Assembly (NCBI RefSeq): GCF_009914755.1
Contig: NC_060946.1
Origin: the human T2T-CHM13v2.0 reference genome, Homo sapiens
Length of the DNA: 64,000 bases
Direction: 5' to 3' (one strand)
Shown: one piece after another, positions 10,299 through 22,200 of the stretch
Layout: each line of letters starts with the position of its first letter
Position numbering within the stretch: position 1 is the first letter of the stretch
Made by a program: the position numbers and the translations under genes
The notes under the pieces: model-generated
What the model saw: only the letters and a program-made list of their open reading frames with translations
What the model was told of the DNA's origin: nothing
The model's database searches: none

Positions 10299-13200
10299 CA
10301 TATCAGAAGACCAAGAGGCAATGAGATGTTTCATATGGCAGGAGTAGGAGCAAGACAGAGAGGGGAAAGAGGCGTGACATCCTGTTAGACAACCAGATCA
10401 CATGAGAACTCACTATCAGGAGATCAGCATCAAGAAGACTAACCAATGGTGAAGGATTCTCCAACCACACCACCGCCCACTGCTTCCAGGCAGAAGCCTC
10501 CTGCAGAGGCAGAACCTCTTATGAAACTTCCACTATGGCAGTGCAGAAGGAAAATATAGGCTTTGAGCCCCCACACAAGAGGTCACGATCCTCCAGACTC
10601 CAGATTAATAAGCCCACCAACAGCTCACACTCTGAGTATGGAAAAGCTACAGGCACTCAACACCAACCCAGCCCATGAGAGCAGCCATGGGGGCTACACC
10701 CTGCAAAGCCACAGGTGCACTCTCCTAGTAGAGGTTTCCCATGAGCCTCTGCCTCTGCAGCAGGTTACTCCCACCCTCCCACCACCCTACTGACAACCTA
10801 CTCCTCCCCACACTATCCCTCCTTTTCCTTCCACCCCAACCCCCTCCCATCCAAGATTAAGTCACCTCCCACCTGGCCCACCTCCAACATTAAGGATGAC
10901 ACGTGAGTTTTATAGGGACACACAGCCAACCCATATTATTCTGACCCTGATTCCCCAGAACCTCATGTCCTTCTCACAGAGCAAAACACAATCATGCCTT
11001 TTCAAAAGTTTCCAAAAGTCTTAACTCATTCCGAATGTAAAAATTTCAAAATCTCATCTGAGACAAGGTTACAGTCCCTTCTGCCAATGAGTCCCTGAAT
11101 TTAAAAGGGATTTCTTTTCCTTCAAGGTAGAACAGGCATTGGGTAAGGTTTCTCAATCCAAAGGGAAGAAGTTGCCCAGAAAAATAACACAAATGCAAGT
11201 CCAAAACCCAGCAGGACAGTATTCACTCAATCTCACAGCTCCAAAATCATCAAGAGGACTCACTGTCGTGCGGACAGCATTAAGGAGATAGTGTTTACTC
11301 ATTTGTGAAGAATCTGCCCCCCACCTTCACCTTTCACTCCCACCCACAAAATAGTCTCTCCCATTCTCCCCACACCCCTACCTCCAACACCCACTCTTCT
11401 CCATGATTAAATCACCTCCCACCAGTTCCCACCTTTAACATTCCCCACTACAATTCCACATGAGCATGGGTAGGGACACAGAATCAAATTATATTATTCT
11501 GGCTCTTGCTCCCCAAATCTTGTATCCTTGTCACACTGCAAAATACACTGATGACTTCTCTACTGTCCCCCAATGACTTAACTCATTCCAGCATTTACTG
11601 AAATGTACAAGGACTTACAGACCCCATGCAAGTCAAAAACCCAGCAGGCCAGTCATTGAATCCTGCAGCTCCAAATCATCTTTTCTGAATCTACATCTCA
11701 CATCTAGAGCACAGGTGTGTGATGCCTGGGCTTCCAAGGCCTTGGGCAGCTCTGCACCTGTGGCTGTGCAGGGTCTATACCCCACAGCTGCCCTCATGGG
11801 CTGGGCTGATGTTGAGTGCCTGTAGCATTTCCATACTAAGGGTGCCAGCTGTTGGTGAGTCTATGAATCTGGAGTCTGGAGAATGGTGCCTCCATATTTA
11901 GGGACTCCAGCCCTAAATTCTCCTTCGGTACTGCCCTAGTAAAAGTTTCCCATGAGGCTCTGCCTCTTGGAAAAGATTTTGTGTGAACACCCAGGTTTTT
12001 CCGTACATACTCTGGAGTCTAGACAAAGGCTTGCAAGCTTCTAGTTTTGTGCTGTGTGCAGCTGCTGGCTTAACACTATGTGGAAGCCACCAAGCCTTGA
12101 AGCTTGCACCCCTGAAGCAGTGATGCAAGCTGTACCTGTGCATCTTTCAGCCAAGGCTGGAGCTGGAGCTTCAGGAATGCAGCCAGCAGTGTCCTGAGGT
12201 TGGACATAGCAGTGGGGCCATGGGGCTGGAGAAGGAAACCATTCTTTTCTCCCAGGCCTCAGGGCCTGTGATAGCAAGGGCTGCTGCAAAAGTCTCTGAA
12301 ATGCCTTCAAGACCTTTTTAACATTGTATTGGCTATTAGCACTGAACTCCTTTTTATGCACATTTCTGAAGACTTTTTGAACTTTCCCACTGATAATCAG
12401 CTTTTCTTTTTGGCCACTTGGCCAGGCTTCAAATTATCCAAACTTTTAAGCTCTCCTTCTCATTTAAATACAAGTTTCACCTTGAGGTCATTTCTTTGGT
12501 CACATATAGGACCACAGGCTGTTCGACACAGACAGGAAACCTCTTAAGCTTTGCTGCCTAAAATTTCATTCCACCAAATACACTCTAAATTATCACCCTG
12601 ATGTTCAAAATTTCACAGGTCTCCAGGTTAGGGGCATTGTGCAGCAACAATCTTTGCTAAGAAAAAAACAAAAGTGACCTTGACTCCTGTTCCCAGCAAG
12701 CTCCTCATTTTCATGTGAGACCTTCTAAGCCTGGTGATCACTGTCCATCCTTCTGTCACCTTTTTAATTATAACTATTTAACAAGTCTCTACACTGTTCC
12801 AAACTTTTCCTCATCTTCCTGTCTTCTTCCAAGACCTCCAAACTCTCCAACCTCTGGCCATTACACACTTCTCAACCTGCTTCTACATTTTCAGCTACGT
12901 TTGTCACAGCCTGGCAATGTGGTAAAAGAAGAAAAGTCTATTTCAGGAGAAAAATTAATGCAGGCTTCAGACATTTGCCTGAAAAGAAGCTGAGTGCTGA
13001 TTGCCAAGAGAATAGGAAAAAGGCCTTGAAGGCATTTCATAGTTCCACTTTATAGCATTATTTTTCTGTATAATCAGAAAGAAAAGAGGTTGAACTGGCT
13101 CATGGTTCTACAAGCTTTAAATAAATCATAGAGGCTTCTGCTTCTGGGAGGACTCAGGAAGCCTCCCAATCATACCAGAAGACCAAGCAGCAATGGGATG

Positions 13201-16200
13201 TTTTATATGGCAGAAGTAGAAACAAAACAGAGAGAGGAAAAAGGTGCCACGCGTTGTATAACCCTGTTATACAACCAGATTTCCTGAGAACTCATTATCA
13301 CAAGGTCAGTATCAAGAAGATGTTGCTTAACCATTGGTGAAAGTTCTGCCCCCTACCACCCACACCCCTCACTGTTTCCGGGCAGAAGCCTGAGGAAGAG
13401 GCAGAGCCACTAGGAAAACCTCTAATAGGGCAGAGCAGAAAAAGTATATGGGCTTGGAGGCCCCACACAGGAGTTTACCATCCTCAGACCCCAGATTCAT
13501 AGACTCACCAACAGCTTGCACTCTCAGTATGGAAAAGCTACAGGCACTCAAGCAACAGCCCAGCCTATGAGGGCAGCCATGGGGGCTACACCCTGCAAAG
13601 CCATAGGTGCACTGCCCTGGTGGAGGTTTTCCTTGAGGCTTTGCCTCTGCAGCAGGCTACTCCCCCTTACTACTGCCCACGAACCTCTCACCACCCTACT
13701 GCCAGCCTACTCCTCCCCATCCTACCCATTTGTTTTCCCTTCCACCCCTACCAACCTCCTGTTTGTGATTAAATCACCTCCCACCAGGCCCAACCTACAA
13801 CTGTCAGGAATACAATTCCCCATGAGTTTTTGTAGGGAAACACAGCCAAACCATATTATCCTGACCCTGACACCCCCACATCTCATGTCCTTCTCACACA
13901 GAAAAATACAAACATGCCTTTTCAAAAGTTTCAAAAAGTCTTAACTCATTCCAGCAGTAACTCAAATGTAGTAAGTTCAAGTCTCATCCAAGACAAGGCT
14001 GCAATCCCTTCTGCCTATGAGTCCCTGAATGTAAAAGACAATTCTTTTCTTTCAAGTTACAATGATGGCACAGGCATTGGGTAGGCTTTCTTAAACCAAA
14101 GGGAAGGTTTTCCCAGAAAAATAACACAAATGGGACACAGGCCCAATCCGACTCCAAAACCCAGCAGGACAGCATTCATTTATCACGAGAACTCACTATC
14201 ACACAGACTGCATTAAGAAGATAGTATTTAAACATTTGTGAAGGATCTGCCACCCATCCCCATGTTTCACCCTCACCCACACCATGAACCTCCATTCTCC
14301 CACATCCCCCTTCCAACCCCCATTCTCTACCATGATTAAATCACCTTCTTCGAAGCCCCACACTTAACATTCCCCATTATAATTCCACATGAGTTTTGGT
14401 AGGGACACAGAGCCAAATCGTATTATTCTCCTTTGGCCCCCCAATCTCACACCCTTCTCATACTGCAAAATACAATGATGCATTCTCTACAGTCCCCCAA
14501 TGTCTGAACTCATTCCAGCATTTACTCAAATGTCCATTTGTGAAGGATCTACCCCCTACCCCTGCCTTTCACCCCCAACCCCACCACAATCGCCCCCAAC
14601 CCTCCCCACCCCTTAATCCCCCCAACCCTCCCCACCCCCAACCATCTAACCTCCACTCTTCACCATGATTAACTCACCTTCCACCAGCCCCCACCTTTAA
14701 CATTTCCCATTAAAATTCTACATGAGTTTTGGTAGAGACACAGAGCCAAAACATATTATTCTGTCCCTGGTCCCCCAAAGTTCATGTCTTTCTCACATTG
14801 CAAAATGCAATGAGGCCTTCCCTAGAGTCCCCCAAATCTTAACTCATCCCAGCATTTACTCAAATGTCCAAAGGCCAAAGTCTTCTCTGAGACAAGGCTG
14901 CCATATCTTCTGCCCTGAGCCTCTGAAATACAAAGCAAGTTAACCACTTCCAAGTTACAATGATTGTACAGGCATTGGGTAAGCATTCCAAGCCAAAAAG
15001 TAGAAATTTCCCAGAAAGAAGCACAAAACACAGATGGGACTTACAAACCCCCTGCAAGTCAAAAACCCAGCAGGCCAGGCATTCCATCATACAGCTCCAA
15101 ATCATCTTTTTGGAATCTATGTCCACATCCAGAGCACAGGGTTTTGTGATGGCTGGGATCCCAAGGCCTTGGGCAGCTCTGCACATGTGGCATTGCAGAA
15201 TCTTCCCCCTACAGCTGCCCTCATTGGCTAGGCTGGTGTTGAGTGCCTGTAGCTTTTCAACACTAAGGGTGCAAGCAGCTGGTGGGTCTATGATACTGGG
15301 GTCTGGAAAATGGTGCCTCCCTGTATGGGGACTCCAACCCTACACTTTCCTTTTGTACTGCCCGAGTAGAGGTTTACCATGAGGCTCTGCCTCTTGGAAA
15401 AGCTTCTGGTTAGACACTCAGGATTTCTGATATATCCTCTGGAGTCCAGACCAAGGCTCTGAAGCTTCTAGTCCTGTGCTTTATGCACCTGCTGGCTTAA
15501 CACTATGTGGAAGCCACCAAGGCTTGGAGCTTGCATCCTCTGAAGCAGTGACACAAGCTGTACCTGTGCATCTTTCATCCATGGCTGGAGCTGGAAAAGG
15601 AGCTGCAGGGATGCAGGCAGCAGTGTCCTGAGGCTGCACACAGCAGTGGAGCCATGGGGCTGGGCCAGGAAACTATTCTTTTCTCCTAAACCCCAGGGCC
15701 AGTGACAGCAAGGGCTGCTACAAAGTCTCTGAAACGCCTTCAAGGCCTTTTTCCCATTGTCTTGAATTATTAGCACTGGGCTCCTTTTTAGGCAAATATC
15801 CGAAGGCTTCTTGATTTTCCCCCTGAAAATCAGCTTTTCTTTTTGACCATTTGTCCATATTACAAATTTTCCAAATGTTGAAGCTCTGCTTCTCATTTAA
15901 ATATAAGTTCCAACTTATGGTAATTTCTTTCATCACACATAGGAGCACAGGCTGTTCGACGTAGGCCGGACAACTCTTCAGCTTTGCTGCTTAGAAGTTC
16001 ATTCCACCAGATACACCCTAAATCATCACCCTAAAGTTCCGTTTCACAGATCTCCAGGGAATGGTCACTGTGTAGCCAATTACTTTGCTAAGGCAAAAGA
16101 AAAAAACCTTGGCTCCTTTTCCCAGTAAGTTCCTCATTTTCATCTGAGACCTTACAAGCCTGGCCTTCAGTGTCCATCCTTCTGTCAGCCTTTTAATCAT

Positions 16201-19200
16201 AACTATTTAACAAGTCTCTGCAATGGTCCAAACTTTCCCTCATCTTGCTATCTTCTTCCAAGCTCTCCAAACTCTCTAACCTCTGGCCATTACCCAATTT
16301 GGAACCTGCTTCTACACTGTCAGCTATCTTTGTTGCAGCCTGGCGATATGGTAAAAGAAGAAAAGTCCATTATCAGGGGAAACATCAAGATGGCCTCCAA
16401 TATTTGCATTGAATAAAGCTCAGCGCTAATAGCCAAGAGAATGGGGGAAACGCCTAGAAGTCATTTCATAACTTCACTTCACAGCATTAATTTTCTGTAT
16501 CTACATAAAGAAAAGAGGTCTAATTGACTCACAGTTCTTCAGGCTGTAAAGAAAGCATAGTGGTTTCTGCTTGTAGGAGGACTCAGAAAGCCTCCCAATT
16601 ATACCAGAAGGCCAAGCGGCAATGAAATATTTCATATGGCAGGAGTAGAAGCAAGACAGAGCGAGGAAAGAGGTGAGACATCCTGTTATACAACTATATC
16701 TCATGAGAGCTCACTATCAGGAGATCAGCATCAAGAAGATTGTGCTTAACTGTTGGTGAAGGATCCGCCCACCTCCCCATATCCACCACCCACTGTTTCC
16801 AAGCAGAAGCCTGAGGCAGAGACAGATCCCCTTGGAAAACCTCTACTAGGGCAGTACAGAAGGAAAATATGGGCTTGGAGCCCCCACGCCACCATCCTCC
16901 AGACCCAAGAGTCATGGACCCACCAACAGCTCACACCCCCAGTATGGAAAAGCTTCAGGTACTCAACACCAGCCCAGCCCATGAGAGCAGCAGCAGGTGC
17001 TAAACCCTGCAAAGCCACAGGTGCAAAACCACAGGTGCACTGCCTTAGTAGAGGTTTTCCATGAGCCTCTGCCTCTGTGGCAGGCTACTCCCTTCCTGCT
17101 ACACACCACCCTACAGCCAGCCTACTCCTCCCCCCCTTACCCACCTGTTTTTACTTCCAACCCCACCCCTCTCCCATCCATGAATAAGTCACCTCTCACC
17201 AGTCCCCACCTGCAACATTCGGGATTACAATTACATGTGAGTTTAGGTAGGGACACACAGCTAAACCATATTATTCTGACCCTGATCCCCCAATATCATA
17301 TCCTTCTCACAGAGTAAAATACAATCATGCCTTTTCAAAAGTTGCCAAAAGTCTTAAGTCATTTCAGCATTAACTCGAATGTAAAAAGTTCCACGTCTCA
17401 CCTGAGAAAAGGCTACAGTCCCTTTTGCCTATAAGTCCCTGAATTTAAAAGGGAGTTCTTTTCTTTCAAGGTACAATGATGGTACAGGCATTGGGTAAGT
17501 TTTCTCAATCCAAAGGGTAGAGGTTTGCCAGGAAAATAACACAAATGGGATCACAGGGCCAATGCAAGTCCAAAACCCAGGAGACCAGTATCCATTAAAT
17601 CTCACAGCTCCAAAACCATCACGAGAACTCACCATCATGAGGAAAGGATTAAGGAGATGGTGTTTAACTATTTGTGAGGGATCATCCCCCTACCCCCACT
17701 TTTCACCCCTCACCCCCAGCATAATCCACCCATCCTCCCCAGTCTCCACCTTCCAACACCCAGTTCCCTCCATGATTAAATCACCTTCCACCTGGCCCCA
17801 ATTTTAACATTTCTGATTACAATTCCACATGAGTTTCCATAGCGACACACAGCCGAATCTTATTATTCTGTCCCTGCCTCCCCAAATCTCATGTCCTTCT
17901 CATTTTGCAAAATACAGTGATGCCTTACTTACAATTCCCCAAGCCACTATGCTTTTTTTTTTACAGCCTGCAGAACCATCAGCCGATTAAACCCCTTTTT
18001 GTTATGATCATACAGAAAATTAGTACTGTGAAGTGAAGCTATGAAATGCCTTCAATGACTTTTCCCCATCGTCTTGGCTAAGACCTCCAAGGTCTTAACT
18101 CATTCCAGCATTTACTTCAATGTCTGAAGCCCAAAGTCTCATCTGAGACAAAGATGCAGTCCCTTCTGTTCCTGAGCCTCTGAAATACAAAGCAAGTTAA
18201 CTATTTCCAAGGTATGATTGTCCAGGCATTGAGTAAGAATTCCCACCCTAAAGGAAGATTTTTGCCAGAGAGAACAACGAAACACAAACGGGACTTACAG
18301 GTCCCAGGAAAATCCAAAACCCAGCAGGCCAGTTACTCAAACCTACAGCTCCAAAGTCATCCTTTTTTAATCCTTGTCCCACATCCAGGGCACAAGGGCA
18401 TGAGGGCTGGACTCCCAAGGCCTTGGGCTGGTCTGCACCTGTGGCTTTGCAGTTTTCAGTCCCCACAGCTGCCCTCATGGGCTGTGCTGGTGTTGAGTGC
18501 CTGTAGTTTTTACCCACAGAGTGTACAAAGCTCTTGGTGGGTCTATGAATCTGGGGTCTGCATATGGTGGCCTCCAGTGTGGGGGCTCCAACCCCCTATT
18601 TTCCTTCTGCACTGCCCTAGTAGAGGTTTCCCAGGAGGCTCTCCTTTTTTGGCAGCCTTCTGTCTGGACACCCAGGCATTTTCATACATCTTCCAAAATC
18701 TATATGAAGGCTCTGAAGCCTCTGGGCTAGTGCTCTATGGACTAGCTGGCTTAAGACTATGTGGAAGCCGTGAAGCCTTATAGCTTGTACCCTCTGAAGC
18801 AGTGATGCAATCTGTACCTGTGCATCTTTCAGCCAAGGTCGGAGCAGGAGCTGCGGCTGCTGGGATGCAGGCAGCAGTGTCCTGAGGCTGCACACAGCAG
18901 CAGGGCCATGGGGCTGGCCCCAGAAACCATTCTTCTCTCCTAGGCCCCAGGGTCTGTGACACCAAGGGCTGCTGCAACCATCTCTGAAATGCCTCCAAGG
19001 CTTTTTCCCCCCATTGTCTTGGCTATTAGCACTGGCCTCCATTTTATGCAAATTTCTGGAGCCTTCATGAATTTTCCCCCTGAAAATCAGCTTTTCTTTT
19101 TGACCACTTGGCCAGGCTGCAAATGCTTCTAAACTTTTGAGCTCTGCTTGTCATTTAAATATAAGTTCCAACTTGAGGTCATTTCCTCGGTCACACATAA

Positions 19201-22200
19201 CCTCGGTCACACAAGAACACGGGCTGTTTGATGCAGACAGGATCCCCCTTGTGCTATGCTGCCTAGAAGTTCATTCCACCAGATATGCACTAAATCATCA
19301 CCCTCAAGTTCAAAGTTTCACAGATCTCGAGGGCAAGGTCGCCCTGCAGCCATGTTCTTTGCTACAGCAAAACAAAAGTAACCTTGGCTCCTGTTCCCAG
19401 TAATTTCCTCATTTTCATGTGAGACCTTGTAAGCCTGGCCTTCACTGTCCATCCTTCTGCCAGCCTTTTAATCACAACTATTCAACAAGTGCCTACGATG
19501 GTCCAAAATTTCTTTCATCTTCCTGTCTTCTTTCAAGCTCTCCAAACTCTCCAACCTCTGGCTGTTACCCACTTCTGAACCTGCTTTACATTTTCAGCTA
19601 TCTTTGTTGCAGCCTGACAATGTAGAAGAAAAAGAAGTCCATTTTCAGGGGGAAACTTCAAGAAGGCTTCAGATATTTGCATTAAAATGAAGTCCAGTGC
19701 TAATAGCCAAGACGATGGGGAAATGTCATTGAAGATATTTCATAGCTCCACTTCGCAGTACTTTATTTTCTGTATGATCATAATGAAAAGGGGTTTAATT
19801 GGCTCATGGTTCTGCAGGCTGTAAAGAAAGCATAGTGGCTTCTGCTTCTGGGAGGACTCAGGAAGACTCCCAATCATACCAACAGGAAAACAGCAATGAA
19901 ATATTTCATACGGCAGGAGTAGGAGCAAGGCTGAGAGAGGAAAGAGGTGCCACACCGTTATATAACCAGATCTCATGAGAACTCACTATCACTAGGTCAG
20001 CATCAAGAAGATGGTGCTTAACCATTGGTGAAGGATCCGCCCCCCAACACAGCTCCACCTCCTAGTGTTCCAGACAGAAGCCTGCTGCAGAGGCAGAGGC
20101 TCTTGGGAATCCTGTACTATGGCAGTGCAGAAGGAAAATAAGGGCTTTGACTGACTATGCAGGAGGCCACCATCCTCGAGACCCCAGATTCATAGACCTA
20201 CCAACAGTTCACACCCTCAGTATGGAAAAGTGATAGGCTCTCAACACCAGCCCAGCCCATGAGAGCAGCCATGGGGGCTAAAGCCTGCAAAGCCACAGGT
20301 GCACTGCCCTGGTAGAAGTTTTCCATGAGCCTCGGCCTCTGCAGCAGGCTACTCCCCCTTCCTAATATCCATCACCCTCCCACGGCCCTACAGCCAGCCT
20401 ACTCTACCCCACCCTACCCACCCCTTTTTTCTTCCACCCCTACACCTCCCATCCATGATTAAATAATCTCCCACCAGGCCCCATCTCCAAAATTTGGGAT
20501 TACAATTCCACATGAGTTTTTCCAGGGGCACACAGCGAAATCATATTATGCTGACCTTGACCCCCCAAATATCATATCCTTTTCACAGAATAAAATACAA
20601 TCATGCCTTTTCAAAGGTTTCCAAAAGGCTTAACTCCTTCCTGCATTAACTCAAATGTAAAAAGTTCTAAGTCTCATCTGAGACAAGGCTGCAGTCTCTT
20701 CTGCTTATGAGTCCCTGAAGTTAAAAGGGTGTTTGTTTCTTTCAAGGTACAATGATGGTACAGGTACTGGGTAAACTTTCTCAATCCAAAGGGAAGAAAT
20801 TTCCAAGAAAAATAACACAAATGGGACCACAGGCCCAATGGACATCCAAAATCCAGTACGTCAGTGTTCATTCAATCTCACAGCTCCAAAGTCATGAAGA
20901 GAACTCACTATCAGAAGGACAGCATTAAGGAGATGGTGTTTAACCATTTGTGAAGGATCCACCCCCACCCCTGCCTTTCACCCCCAACCCCACCACAATC
21001 CCCTCCAACCCTCCCCACCCCCGATTCCCTCCAACCCTCTCCACCCCAGAATCCCCCCCACCCTCCCGGTGCCCCCAACCATCCAACCTCCACTCTCCAC
21101 CATGATTAAATCACCTTCCATCAGCCCCCACCTTTAACATTTTGCATTAACATTCCACATGAGCTTTGGTAGAGACAGAGAGCCAAAACCTATTATTCTG
21201 TCTCTGGTCCCCCAAAGTTCATGTCTTTCTCACATTGCAAAATGTAATGATGCCTTCCCTAGAGTCTCTCAAATCTTAACTCATTCCAGCATTTACTCAA
21301 ATGCACAAAGCCCAGAGTCTTATCTGAGACAAGTCTACAGTCCCTCCTGCCCATGAGCCAGTGAATTGTAAAGCAAGTTTACTACTTCCAAGGTACAATG
21401 ATTGTACAGGCAGTGGGTGACTCATAGGATACATAAGTGTCCAAAACCCAGCAGGCCAGTCACTTAATGCTACAGCTCCAAAATCATCATTTTTGAATCC
21501 TTGTCCCATATCCATGGCAGAGGGCTGTGAGGGCTGAGCTCCCAAGGCCTTGGGCAGATCTGCACCTGTGGCTTTGCAGCGTTCAGCCTCCGCAGCTGTC
21601 TCTCATGGACAGGGCTGTTGTTGAGTGCCCATAGCTTTTCCACAATGAGGGTGCAAGCTGTTTATGGGTCTATGAATCTGGGGTTTAGAGAATGATGCCT
21701 CCCTGTGTGGGGGCTTCAACCCTATAGGTCCCTTCTTTGCTCCTCTAGTAGAGGTTCCCCATGAAGCTCTGCCTCTTGGAAAAGCTTCTTCCTGAACATC
21801 CAGGATTTTCTGTACATCTTCTGGAGTCTAGATGGGAGTTCTCAATCCTCTAATCTCTTTCTCTGTGCACCTACTGGCTTAACACTATATGGAAACCATC
21901 AAGACTTTGAGGCACCTCTGAAGCAATGACCCAAGCTGTACCTGTGCATCTTTCAGTCATGGCTGGTGCTGGAGCTGCACGGATGCTGGCAGCAGTGTCC
22001 TGCGGTTGAGCACAGCAGCAGAGCCATGGGACTGCCCTAGGAAACCATTCTTTTCTCATAGGCCCCAGGGCCTGTGACAGCAAGGGCTGCTGCAGACATC
22101 TCTAAAATGCTTTCAAGGCCGGTTTCCCACTGTCTTGGCGTTTTGCACTGGGTTCCTTTTTATACAAATAACCTAAGCCTTCTTGAATTTTCCCCCTCAA

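Noticed and set aside
18214-18783. 189-aa ORF and similar repeated ORFs in the MaLR array
   Set aside because: Antisense frames of MaLR internal sequence, not kept open in the other units.
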